Positions 23,026 to 34,892 of a stretch of 64,000 nt of DNA are shown here, one piece after another. The position numbers were made by a program, and so were the translations under genes. The notes under the pieces are model-generated. The model made no database searches. It had not been told where the DNA came from and saw only the letters and a list, made by a program, of their open reading frames with translations. Numbering within the stretch: the stretch's first letter is position 1; each line of letters begins with the position of its first letter. This DNA is from Rebecca billardiae RCC1528. Taxonomy: Eukaryota; Protista; Haptophyta. The stretch covers positions 3,906,001-3,970,000 of the forward strand of contig OZ251225.1 in assembly GCA_965240325.2 (NCBI GenBank), written 5' to 3'.

Positions 23026-25396
23026 CAAGGGCGGTAAGGGCTGTCAACTCCTGACCAGTGGCGCCGAGTGGCGGAGGTTCCGTGCCCCTCAACTCGTGCG
23101 GCCTCGCGGCGCAGCGGCGAAGTCTCCTGGGGCGCCGCCCTGGAGGGCGCGTGGGGTGCGCACGCCGCGGGCTCCTGCGCCCGCGGCAGCGGCCGCGGAC
23201 ACGGCGCGCGTGGTTGGTCGCCTGCTAGACAGCACGTAGTACCCTCCCACGCCGCGCGCCGCGCTTGCCGGTGCCCTCGCCGTGCCTCAGGCCAGCCGCG
23301 CACGCGCGCCGCGCCAATGGCCAGCCGTGGCCACGAGCCAGCCGCCGGCGCGCGCGCGGTGCGCGGTGCGGTCGGCGCGGGTCGGGCGCGCGCCCGGGGC
23401 GAGGCTCGCGTATGATGGGCGCGCGTCATGCCGCCTCGCGCCGCCACCCACGAGCTTGATCACGTTGCACGCGGCTGCTGAAGAGTGCTCGTCGAGCATT
23501 CCTCGGCCATCAGAAATGAGCTTGGATAAGTGGTTGTGAGCGCATCAGTGCGACGAACGCGGGCACTCGGGGACTTGCTTGCCATGACATGAGGCTGGCC
23601 GTGCACATATTAGTGGTCTGCGCTTGTCTATCACGCGTCGCTGCCGTCCCATGATCGTCTCAACGTGAGCATTTTCAAACATGGCAATGCACACTCGACA
23701 GCATGTAAACGCGTGCGCGCCGACCCATGCGGGCGTCAGCGCGGCGGCGCGAGGCGGCATGCCGCGCGCCCATCATACGCGAGCCTCGCCCCGGGCGCGC
23801 GCCCGACCCGCGCCGACCGCACCGCGCACCGCGCGCGCGCCGGCGGCTGGCTCGTGGCCACGGCTGGCCATTGGCGCGGCGCGCGTGCGCGGCTGGCCTG
23901 AGGCGCGGCGAGGGCACCGGCGAGCGCGGCGCGCGGCGTGGGAGGGTACTACGTGCTGTCTAGCAGGCGACCAACCACGCGCGCCGTGTCCGCGGCCGCT
24001 GCCGCGGGCGCAGGAGCCCGCGGCGTGCGCACCCCACGCGCCCTCCAGGGCGGCGCCCCAGGAGACTTAGCCGCTGCGCCGCGCGGCCGCACGAGTTGAG
24101 GGGCCCCCAACACTCCCTTGCCCCAACCAAGGGTAGTAAGGGTGAGCAACTCCGCTGGCGACAGCCGCGGAGGTCGGGAGGGCTCTGTTTGCCTCGGCGC
24201 CCGGTGCGAGCGGAGCGGAGCGAGTACTATCAGCGGCGGAGGGCGCTGAGGCCGCGCACGGCGTGAGGCGCGGCGTCGGCCGAGTCGGTCCGCGGAGGAT
24301 GCGCGGCTCTTGGCCCGCTGCGCAGCGGCAGTGCACCTCACTTTGCTCCAAGCGCCGTCCTCCGCGTCGCCTTCTTCCCGCCTTGGAGCAGCACGCATGT
24401 GCGCGCCGCCGCATCGAATGCGGCACGGGCTTGCTCAGACGACCGCGCGCGCGTGGCGCGCGACTTGGTCGACCGCACGCGCGCGCTGCCGCGGGGCAAG
24501 GTAGCGCCACCGTATACGCGCGCCGTGCCCGCGCGAGCCTTTGCTCACGGCCATCTCATGAGCGTAGTGCTCGCTTGTCTGTTGCTCTCACGAATGTTTC
24601 GCTGTGCCTCACGCCGACGCTCGTCGGGTCGATCAGCGACTCATGAGCGTAGTGCTCGCTTGTCTGTTGCTCTCACGAATGTTTCGCTGTGCCTCACGCC
24701 GACGCTCGTCGGGTCGATCAGCGAGGTGTTGAGTGACATTGGATACCCAGGACGAAGGCCTAGTCTTGTGTATCCCTTCTCAGCACGAACGCAAGCGGAC
24801 GCTAAGGCTCCGCATCGATGGTACTAACACTCACGCTGCTGTCTTCTCTAGCTTACTTCAGTTGCCAGCACTGTGCTGCGCAGACAGCACTCTTGACATG
24901 TGTGTGAGCTCGCACTCACGTCCATGCACACGCTCTCGCGCGGGCACGGCGCGTATGCGGTGGCGCTACATTGCACCGCGGCAGCACGCGCGCGCAGCCG
25001 ACCAAGTCGCGCGCCACGCGCGCGCGGTCGTCTGAGCAAGCCTGTGCCGCATTCGATGCGGCGGCGCGCACATGCGTGCTGCTCCAAGGCGGGAAGGAGG
25101 CGACGAGGAGGACGGCGCTCGGGGCAAAGTGAGGTGCACTGCCGCTGCGCAGCGGGCCGAGCGCCGCGCATCCTCCGCGGACCGACTCGGCCGACGCCGC
25201 GCCTCACGCCGTGCGCGGCCTCAGCGCCCTCCGCCGCTGATAGTACTCGCTCCGCTCCGCTCGCACCGGGCGCCGAGGCAAACAGAGCCCTCCCGACCTC
25301 CGCGGCTGTCGCCAGCGGAGTTGCTCACCCTTACTACCCTTGCCCCAACCTCCGCCACTCGACGCCACTGGGAGTTGACAGCCCTTACCGCCCTTG
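23026..25396. mobile_element. P-like foldback element (family B) with family A nested in its right TIR
   Basis: Termini CAAGGGCGGTAAGGGCTGTCAACTCC...GGAGTTGACAGCCCTTACCGCCCTTG; 7-bp TSD GTCGGAG at 23019-23025 and 25397-25403; ~420-bp arms. Confidence 0.9.
24128..25342. mobile_element. Family A P-like foldback, second copy, core inverted relative to 4553-5665
   Basis: Same CAAGGGTAGTAAGGG termini; 7-bp TSD CCCCAAC at 24121-24127 and 25343-25349; internal ~85-bp tandem duplication near 24556-24724. Confidence 0.9.
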
Positions 25397-27576
25397 GTCG
25401 GAGCCGGAGGGGGCGCGGCGCCCGCGCGGCGTGTGCGGCCCGCGTTTGCACGCCGCGGCTGCGGCGACAGGAGCTCAGGAGGCGCCAGCCAAGAGCGACC
25501 GACGGGTGAGGACGGCGATGGGCAGGTGCGCGCGGCGAGTGGCGCCTGGAGCGCGCGGCTGCGGCGGGTCCCGACTGCCGTCGACATCGCGTTCGTGCCC
25601 CCGCTCACTCCGCGCGCCCCCGCCGCCCCGTGTCGATGCCTGCGCGCGGCCGCGCGCCCGGTCGCCGGGGCGCCCGGCGGCCGCGCCGCGGCAGCCGCCC
25701 TGTATTCGGGCTCTCGCAAGCTCGGGGGCAGCGGCGCCTGATGCCGGACTGATCGATCTCTGAGTCTTCGACTTCACCACGCGCCGCCCTTGCCATGCCT
25801 TTCCGGGGAGCGCCGACGATCCGCGAGTCCATCCATCGTCGACGGTCGACTCTGAGCGAGGGCTACGCCTCGGAACTGAACGGTACTCTACGAGGAGGAC
25901 GAGCTGCGCGGGCGACGGTGGTGCGTGACGTCCCCAGAGCTGGCTGTGCCTCTGCAACGCGTGCCGAGCCTGATCGAGGTGTGTCAGCCCGTGCACGCGC
26001 GGCGTGCGCGAACGATCCGTGACTGGACACTGGTGCCCGCTCGCACCTCCGACCTCGGCACCGTGCTCCCTCGGGCTGTCAGCTCCGCGTGGCCTGGCGT
26101 GCACGTAGAGTTGCGCTCATGCGTCGATCACGCCTCGCGCCCGCCTGTCGGCCGTCGCGCAGGCGCTGGTCGAACCCTACTCGGACCAGTGCAAATCATC
26201 TACTACTATCCTGGCGCTGCCGGTGCGCGGTGACCCGCGGCGGACAGCGCCAGGCAGCGGTCAGTCAGCAGCAGCGGCCCGAACGAATCCGCGGCCCCGC
26301 ACCGTGCTCCCTGGCTGTCAGCTTCGCGTGGCCTGGCGTGCACGTGGAGTCGCGCTCATGCGTCGATCACGCCTCGTCGCATCCGCCTGTACACAATCGG
26401 CGCCGCGCCGGCGGCTGCGAAGTGCGATGGGCCCGCGCCCGGCGCGGCGGGCGGCGGCGCGCCGCTGGAGTCTAGTTGTACGGGCATGCAACTCCGGGTC
26501 TGTCAATAGACGACTGCGATGGAGGGTGCACCGCCACCGCGGGCCCTGAACTACGTTCGTTCTACGGAAAAGGACCGCGGAACGCGGTCATATAGTCGTC
26601 GATCCGCGATCGATGATCGTCGTCGTCACATATATATATGACCGCGTTCCGCGGTCCTTTTCCGTAGAACGAACGTAGTTCAGGGCCCGCGGTGGCGGTG
26701 CACCCTCCATCGCAGTCGTCTATTGACAGACCCGGAGTTGCATGCCCGTACAACTAGACTCCAGCGGCGCGCCGCCGCCCGCCGCGCCCGGGGCGCGGGC
26801 CCATCGGCGCACTTCGCACTCGCAGCCGCCGGCGCGGCGCCGATTGTGCAGGCGGATGCGACGAGGCGTGATCGACGCATGAGCGCGACTCCACGTGCAC
26901 GCCAGGCCACGCGAAGCTGACAGCCAGGGAGCACGGTGCGGGGCCGCGGATTCGTTCGGGCCGCTGCTGCTGACTGACCGCTGTCCCGCCGCGGGTCACC
27001 GCGCACCGCGGCAGCGCCAGGATAGTTAGATGATTTGCACTGGTCCGAGTAGGGTTCGACCAGCGCCTGCGCGACGGCCGACAGGCGGGCGCGAGGCGTG
27101 ATCGACGCATGAGCGCAACTCGACGTGCACGCCAGGCCACGCGGAGCTGACAGCCCGCGAGGGAGCACGGTGCCGAGGTCGGAGGTGCGACTGGGCATCA
27201 GTCACGGATCGTTCGCGCACGCCGCGCGTGCACGGGCTGACACACCTCGATCAGGCTCGGCACGCGTTGCAGAGGCACAGCCAGCTCTGGGGACGTCACG
27301 CACCACCGTCGCCCGCGCAGCTCGTCCTCCTCGTAGAGTACCGTTCAGTTCCGAGGCGTAGCCCTCGCTCAGAGTCGACCGTCGACGATGGACTCGGATC
27401 GTCGGCGCTCCCCGGAAAGGCATGGCAAGGGCGGCGCGTGGTGAAGTCGAAGACTCAGAGATCGATCAGTCCGGCATCAGGCGCCGCTGCCCCCGAGCTT
27501 GCGAGAGGACCCGTTGCACGGGTGAGTGACCGTAGGGCGGTGAAAATGCGACGTACTCACGTACCGGTGAAAATAC

Positions 27577-28773
27577 CAGGGGCTGGTGCTCGCAGCGAGG
27601 CACTCGCGGTGCGAGTGCGAGCAGGGCGCGAGCGCGAGTGCGAGCAGGGCACTCGCACTCGCGCTCGCAAGGCGCCGATCCGGCCCAGCGGGCTTGCGAG
27701 TCAACTCGCAAAGGTACTCGCAAGGTGCGGTCTAGCGCGAGTATGCGAGTTGGCGCGAGCAGAAGTGCGAGTCCCTGGGCGGCCTCGTGACCGCCTGCAC
27801 GGCAGGCGAGTCACAAAGCGTCAAAGCCTCGCTGCCCCCGCCCAGGGCGGCAAATGGCGAGCTCATCGGCGGCGCCGGTCGCTTCGGCGCCTGCGTCGGC
27901 GCCGGCTGCCGAGATCACCGTCTGGTCGCTGTCGAACCAGCGCGGGGTGATCGACCCGGCCTGGCTCGATCTGCCCCCCAACGGCAAAGGTGTCTCGCTC
28001 TTGTGGACGCACGTCCACCCCATCTCGCAAGCGGCGCCGACCGACTTCTCGTACGTTCAGGTGGGCAGTCAGTCGAGCAACCCGAAGCTGTACACGCACG
28101 TGTGCGTCATGCCGGGATGCGGCCAGCGCTTCACGCTCCCCCTCGACAAGGTGCGCTCGAAGGGGGGCAAGTCGGTCTTCACGATCACAAACGCGGGCAA
28201 CCACCTGAAGACGATGCACCCGCTGACCGAGTACAGCAAGAAGGCCTCCATCAAGGCGGACGAGGCAGCGCTGGGGGCGAAGCGGACCATGCAGCAGGTG
28301 GGCATGTCGGTGAGTATGCCCGTCGAGAAGCAGCTCAAGCAATCGGGCCTCCTCGCTGCGGGCTTCAAGAAGGTGTCGCGCGCCGACAAACAGCTGGCGA
28401 CGCAGGCGCGGTGGCAGGGTGGTCAGGGCGGCGGGTCGGGTGTAAGGCATGCTCTAATAGGGCCAAATAGGGCCAAACATTTTCTTCGCCTCAGGCCGGC
28501 GGGGCCCCGGGGGAGGCCCCCCGGACCCCCCGCTGGGCGTGTCCGGGGGCTGCGCCCCCGGACACGTTGCCAGTTGGGACTCGCACTTTGCGAGTTGGGA
28601 CTCGCACTTTGCGAGTTGGGACTCGCACTTTACTCGCACTCGCACTCGCAGCCGCCCATTCCGCCCAGTGGGCCTGCGAGTTCAACTCGCAGTGCACTCG
28701 CAAAGTCCCCTCAAAAGTGCGAGTGCGAGTTCACTCTACTCGCAGCCGCGGAAAGTGCGAGCGACGGTCCCTG
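27577..28773 (+). mobile_element. Internally deleted hAT element
   Basis: CAGGG...CCCTG imperfect TIRs; 8-bp TSD GAAAATAC at 27569-27576 and 28774-28781; dense subterminal ACTCGCA/TGCGAGT motifs at both ends. Confidence 0.88.
27854..28415 (+). pseudogene. Truncated hAT transposase N-terminus (BED zinc finger)
   Basis: W...HVCVMPGCGQRF...TITNAGNHLKTMHP fits a BED-type C2H2 finger; the frame runs into terminal repeat DNA after QARWQ with no DDE domain. Confidence 0.75.
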
Positions 28774-29952
28774 GAAAATACGGTTTTGCAACTAGCGCTG
28801 GGCGATGGCGGCCGGGCGCGACGAACCGAGCGGATTGGTGCACGGGGAATCCAATTCCCCGTGCACCAATCCAATCCGTTCGTCGCCAGGTGGTGCCGTT
28901 GCCGAGATCGAGCTGCAAAACCCTCAGCAGGTGGTCAAGAGAAGCCAAACGGGGAGGGCTGTCACAACGCGCGCGCCGCGGTGGGAAGAGAGAAGGACTT
29001 GCCTCCCAACTGCAGCTTTGGCAGCGTTCCCTCTTGCGGCAGTGGAAGCCGACGACGAGGAGGATGACGACGCAACTGCTGACGACTGCTGCGAAGCAGC
29101 AGCGGTGACACTCTGCGGTGCACAGCTGCCACCGCGCGCGCCGCGCGACCGCGGACTCGGGTCGGATGGCGACAGCAGCACCGAGCAGTCCTCATGAAGA
29201 CGATGAAGCTGCGTGCACGGGTGCGCGAGGTGACAGGCGAAGCGCGCCGACGACACAGCACTTGACACGCCTGAGCGCACGCCCATGCTCGCTGAGCGCG
29301 AGCGCTGCAAGTGCAACTACAGTGCGCGCCGCGCTGCAAGTGGATGCAGGCTGTACTGCGGCGCTGCGTCCGCGGTCATCGTCTCTTCACTACTTGTCGA
29401 CTGCTGCTGCGGCGGGCCGGGGGCACTACCCGGCACGCGCGGCGTAGCGCGCTAAACGGAATGTGATGGTAGACGCACTGTCACGCTCCCGCCGCCGCCG
29501 CCGCCGCCGGCAAGACTATCGTCACTCTAGGCCGCAGAAGTGTCGTTTTTTCGGCGCTCACGCTTGCAACGGGTCAGAGCCCGAATACAGGGCGGCTGCC
29601 GCGGCGCGGCCGCGGGGCGCCGCGGCGCCGACCGGCGCGCGGCCGCGCGCAGGCATCGACACGGGGCGGCGGGGGCGCGCGGAGTGAGCGGGGGCACGAA
29701 CGCGATGTCGACGGCAGTCGGGACCCGCCGCAGCCGCGCGCTCCAGGCGCAACTCGCCGCGCGCACCTGCCCATCGCCGTCCTCACCCGTCGGTCGCTCG
29801 TCAGCTCGCCTCATCCTCTCGCGGTCTCGCCGCAGCCGTGGCGTAGAAAACGCGGGCCCGCGCGCCCCGGCTCCCGCTCCGGTGTCAGATAGTATTGAGA
29901 TTCGCCGAGGTTGGCCCATCGGCTACTGACCCTTGCCTCGTCGGCTCCTGAT

Positions 29953-30798
29953 GACCAGTTGCACGCGTGAGCGCCGAAAAAACGACACTTTGGCAGTGAT
30001 AGTCACCGTCGCCGCCTCGGGCATACCGCTGCCGCCGGCAGCAGCGGCAGCGGGAGCGTGGCAGCGGATCTACCACCTTCTGCGTTACACGCTGCGTCGT
30101 GCGCGCCAGGTGGCAGGTGTCCCCTGTCTGCCGCGCGGAAGGCAGCGGTCGGCGAGCGCAGAGGTGAGAAGGAAGGCGCGCACGCATCGTGAGAGCTTCA
30201 GCAGCTTGCCCACGCGCTTCACGTAGGCGGTGTGGTTGCGTGCGCACGCCTTCTGTACCCGTACACGCGATCGCAGCGTGAGCCACTCCAGCCTGCCTGC
30301 GCATCGCGGGCCGAGCCGCCGGCGCCTCGTCTCCTGAATCCTCGTTCACGAGGACAGCACGTGTATGTATCCGTGGCGCGCTCGCTGCCGATGGCGGCTC
30401 CCCGTGTCGAGGGCGTTTGGCTGGAGCCGCATCCAGGGCATATATCGTCACGGTCCCACCCGATGCTGACGCTGAGGTGGCGCGCTTGCCGAAGGCAGGA
30501 GCATTGGCTGATGCCTTCTGCATTGGCCACCTCTGCGCGACCGCGCGTTCACGCTGCCGGCGCGCGGGCGGCGTCGCTTGGTGGGCACCTGCCTTGGGTT
30601 TTGTCGTTCGTTCTCAGCGACGGTTGGGTCGATTGACATGCCGATTGGATTGGGGCATTGCGAATCGGCTTCGCAATGCCCCATTCCGCTCGGATCGGCG
30701 CGGGCGTCAGCCATGCGGCAGCGCGAGTGACAAAACCGACATTTCATACGCATGTCGTTTTTTCATACGCTCACGGTTACTCACCCGTGCAACGGGTC
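29953..30798. mobile_element. GAC-ended TIR element (copy 2, opposite orientation)
   Basis: GACCAGTTGCACGCGTGAGCGCCGAAAAAACGACAC...CTCACCCGTGCAACGGGTC; 4-bp TSD TGAT at 29949-29952 and 30799-30802. Confidence 0.85.
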
Positions 30799-31644
30799 TG
30801 ATACAGACACGGCGCGATTGAATAGTTGATTCAACTGATTCAAGGGACGTACATGGTCACATCGGTTCGCGGCAATCTCTATCTAGATACGTCATCGCTC
30901 CTTGGACCTTGCTGCAATCTCATTGGCCGGAAAAACCACTTGTAACGGTTCGTTACGTTAGGGATCCTACTAAGGGCGTGAAGTTTTTTGGACGGGCGTC
31001 ACTCCACGCTTTACCGTATGAACTTGTCGTGGGCGCGACCTTTTTCGGCCGTGATGCGTGTTAGAGAGGGTCTCAAAATTCGAAACTCGGTCTCCTCCAG
31101 CAGCCATGAAAATCGTCCCCCGTCCCTTTTTTCTTGATCAAAGATCTTTTTGAAACGTTGTTCGGGCCCGCTGGTGCGGGCTCCACGCTGCGCGCTCCGC
31201 CCTGCACCGCGGGCCATAACTCTTATTTGCTGCGCGCATTGACGAACTAATATATAAATTATATATTATTATTAGTAGTAACTATAGCAGCGCAGCTGCT
31301 ATACTCATCGCCGCGCGTTTACCGACTCCCGACACGGGCGACAATCGGACTGGCCTCACGCCACCTCCGACCTCGGGCGAGCCGGCTACGTGCCGTACCG
31401 TGTCTAGTCACCGGGCGCGCGGCCCTTCTTACTTCTCTGTTCGGCTCACACAGACACAGAGCCCTACTAGGCCCCGGCGTGCGGGCCACGCGACAGTCTC
31501 ACAGTAGACGGATGCTCCCTCCCCGAGACGGAGACATCGGCATGCACCTTGCAGCTGTTGTCAGCACTGACGACTCCGGTGCTGCCATGTCCGCCGAGTC
31601 CTTGGCCCTCATCGTCGTCGCCATTTGCGCAAGGCGTCCGCGCA

Positions 31645-31944
31645 TCAGCGCCGTGGTACCCTGCCCGCAGCTGTCACCGCAGACCTGAGCTCGTGCAGCT
31701 TTGCATCGGCCTCGTCAACGAGCTGCTTGGACGCCTCGTACAGCTTGTCCGTGTTGGACAGCAGCACAGCGCGCCGGGCGTCGAGCTTGCGCACGAGGGC
31801 CTCCGACTTGTCGACGCGCGGGCGCAGCTGCGCGATCTCGGCCTTGAGCGCCGCCTCGCGGGCCTCGAGCTCGCGCGCCTGCGCGCCGGCGTCGTCCGTC
31901 TCCGCGAGCGCGTCCAGGGCGGCGTACGCGGCATCGTCTTCCAT
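31645..31944 (-). CDS. Small coiled-coil protein
   Basis: 99 aa with a clear heptad pattern and GC3-rich codons; divergent from the SAC3-like gene. Confidence 0.6.
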   Translation of the reverse strand: MEDDAAYAALDALAETDDAGAQARELEAREAALKAEIAQLRPRVDKSEALVRKLDARRAVLLSNTDKLYEASKQLVDEADAKLHELRSAVTAAGRVPRR

Positions 31945-32070
31945 CGTCGCGTCCGTTCACTCGTGCCGCCGCACCGGAATCCGGATTGCTGGGCCGACGG
32001 AAGCGCAGCTTTGGTGCCGGTCCGTGGGCTTCGCGACGGGCGCCCACAGCGCTCTCGATCGGCCCACGGG

Positions 32071-34892
32071 ATGAGCGCGCCGGGCGGCGAGACCGTCGCG
32101 CAGAAGCGCGCCAACGCGGAGCAGTGGGCGCGGTACTATGCGGCGCAGGGGAACGTGCAGGAGCAGCGCAACTCGGAGCAGTGGGCGCGGTACTACGCGG
32201 CGCAGGAGGCGCAGCAGCAGCCGCCGCCGCAGCCGCAGCCGCAGCCGCAGCCGCAGCCGCACTGGGGCAGTCTGCCTGTCGCGCCCGCGCAGCCGCACGC
32301 GGGCGCGCAGCAGCAGGCGTTCGCCCCGGCGCAGCCCGCGCCGCGCGCGCAGTTCCCCGTGAGCACCGGCCGCGCGCACGAGAACCACACCACGCCGCAG
32401 GGCGCGTGGCCCCACCTCGGCGCGCAGCCGCACGCGGCCGCGCCGCAGCCGCCGTCGGCGGCCGCGGCCGGCGGCCTGCCGTCGGCGATCGCCGCGGCGG
32501 CGCAGCGCTCGTGGGAGCAGGTGCTGCGCACGGCGGGCGCAGGCGGCGCGCCCACACCCGCGCCGCACGCCGCGCGCGCGCCGCCGCCGCTCGGCCCGAA
32601 CGCGTGCGCGCGCGCGGGCGGCGTCGGCCCGGCGGCGCCGTATGGCGGCGCGCCCGCGCCGCCCGCCGTGCCCGCCGCGCCGCACTACGCGGCCGCGCCG
32701 CCCGCGCCGCCCGCGCCGCCGGGCGCGGGCGCGTCCGCCCCGCCCGCCCGCGCGTGGCCGCCCTCGCTCAAGGCGTACGTCGAGCGCGCCTTCGGGGCCT
32801 GCAGCAGCGAGGCTGAGCGCGCGCTCACAGAGACGCACCTCAAGCGGCTGATCGCGGCCACGGGCGCGGACGGCACGCTGTGGGCGAGGGTGCGCGCGGG
32901 GCGCGGGCGGCGGGCGTGCGCGCGCGGGGGGCGGCGCGGGCGTGGGCTCGCGTGCGCGCCGCGAGCGCGCGCACGCCGCCCACGCCGCGCGCTCGCGCCG
33001 CCCGCCCCGCGTGTGCGTGCGCCGTGTGCGTGCGTGTGCATGTGTGTGCGTGTGCAATGTGCGTGTGCAATGTGCGTGTGCGGGCAATGTGCGTGTGCGT
33101 GTGCGTGTGCGTGCGTGTGCGTGTGTGCAGGACTGGAACTCGGAGCCGCTGCCTCGGCTCACGCCGGCGGCGAAGGCGGAGGGCGGCGGGCCGTACGCGG
33201 GGCACCACGAGGACGAGGGCTCGCGCAAGCGCACGCGCGAGGACGGGGGCATCGGCTGGGGCGGGTACGCGCAGCAGCCGCAGCAGCAGGGGCTGGCGGC
33301 TGACGCGATGCGCGCCGCGCGCGAGCTGGCGTGCGCGTCCGCCGCGGCCCTGTCCTCGCGCACGGGCGCGCACGCGTACGCCGGCGCGTACGCCGCGTGC
33401 GCGCACGGCTGCGCGTACGGCGGCGGGCCGGGCGCCGAGCCGGCGGGCGGAGGCGGCGGCGCGCGCGCTGGCCTGAGGCTGGACCCGGAGGTGGAGCGCC
33501 GCTCGCGGAGGGCGGCGCGCTTCGAGGCGGGCTCGGGCGCGCAGCACAGCCGGCGGCGCGTGGTGGGCGCCTCGTCGCTCGCCGCCGCCGCCGCCGCCGC
33601 GCTCCGCGCGCGCGCGCCCACCGAGGCCGCCGCCGCCAACGCCGAGCTCGAGCTCGACTTCACCGTGCGTGGCACCTCGGCCGCGCTTGAGAAGCCGTAC
33701 CTGCGGCTCACGTCTGCGCCAGACCCGGAGTCTGTGCGGCCCGAGCCCGCGCTGCGCCGCTCGTTTGCGCACGTGCAGGCGCGCGTGCGCGGCGGCGAGG
33801 AGGGGGGCGAGCCGCCTCCGTACATCTGGGTGTGGGAGCAGCTCAAGAGCATCAGGCAGGACCTGACGGTGCAGCACATCCGCAACGACTTCACTGTGCA
33901 GGGTGCGCGCTGCGTGCGCGCGCGCGCCCGGCGGGCTGCGCGCGGCAGGGCAGCGCGAGAGCGAGGGCGCGCACGCGCCGCCGTGCCGCCCACCCTCGCC
34001 CGCTGCCCCCGCGTGCCCGCGTGCGCCAGTGTACGAGTACCACGCGCGGCACTGCCTGGCGCACGCGGACCTGGGCGAGTTCAACGCGTGCCAGAGCGTG
34101 CTGCACGCGCTGCACGCGGAGGGGCTGGGCGACGCGCACGGCGCACCCGAGTTCATCGCCTACTCGGTGCTGTACGCGGTGGCGACCAGCCAGGACACGG
34201 CGGAGGTGACGCACCGGCTGCAGGCGCTGAGCGCGGACGCGCGCGCGCACCCGTTCGTGGCGCACGCGATGGCGGTGCGCGAGGCTGCGACCAGCGGCAA
34301 CTACGTCGCCCTCTTCCGGCTGCGGGGGCGCGCGCCCAACTGCGGAGGGCTGCTGATGGATGCGTTCGCGGAGCGCGCGCGCGTGCACGCGCTGCGCGTC
34401 GCGTGCCGCGCGTACGCGCCAGACGTGCCCGTCGCGCACCTCGCGCGCGCCCTCGGCTTTGGCCCGGCCGAGGGCGCGCGCGCGGACGGCGCGGGCGGCG
34501 CGGACGGCGCGGACGGCGCAGAGTGGGACGCGGACGCGGTGGCGGACGCGGTGGCGGACGCGGTGGCGGACGCGGCCTTCTTCTGCGAGGACCACGGCGC
34601 GGTGCTGCGCGAGCGCGGCGCGCCCTCGACGCCTCGCACGCCCGCCGCCGCCGGGGCCTCCGCCTTCCCCTTCCCCGACGACGCGCCGCCCGCCGCGCGC
34701 GAGCGCGAGCGCGAGCGCGCCGCGGCCGAGCACGCGGCCGCGGCGGCGCCGGCCGCGGCCGCGTGCTCGCTCGTCGTCGACTGCAAGGCGTCGCGCGGCT
34801 GCCTGGTCGAGCACTCGCTCGCGGACGCGGCGGAGGCGGAGGCGCGCGAGGCGGCGCGGCTCGCTGCGATCCAGCGCATCACGTTTGACTGA
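32071..34892 (+). CDS. SAC3/GANP/THP3-family protein (LENG8-like), three exons
   Basis: [48 protein letters not shown] and DLGEFNACQSVL; phase-compatible introns at 32890-33130 and 33903-34029. Confidence 0.9.

Larger units (their letters stand above)
27508..29575. mobile_element. Unclassified TIR element with GAC termini and 4-bp TSD (copy 1)
   Basis: GACCCGTTGCA...TGCAACGGGTC; TSD AGAG at 27504-27507 and 29576-29579, confirmed by the uninterrupted site in the left palindrome arm. Confidence 0.85.
25404..29878. repeat. Large imperfect palindrome with ~1.2-kb arms and a ~40-bp spacer; right arm split by an insertion
   Basis: Left arm ~25404-26594 is the reverse complement of 26634-27507 plus 29576-~29878; centre ...gaccgcggaacgcggtcatata / tatatgaccgcgttccgcggtc. 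Confidence 0.85.
17591..31215. mobile_element. 13.6-kb TIR-bounded DNA transposon relic packed with nested insertions
   Basis: ~150-bp TIRs at 17591-~17739 and ~31066-31215, termini GGCCCGCGGTGCAGGG...CCCTGCACCGCGGGCC, flanked by AT on both sides; no host gene recognised inside. Confidence 0.85.
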
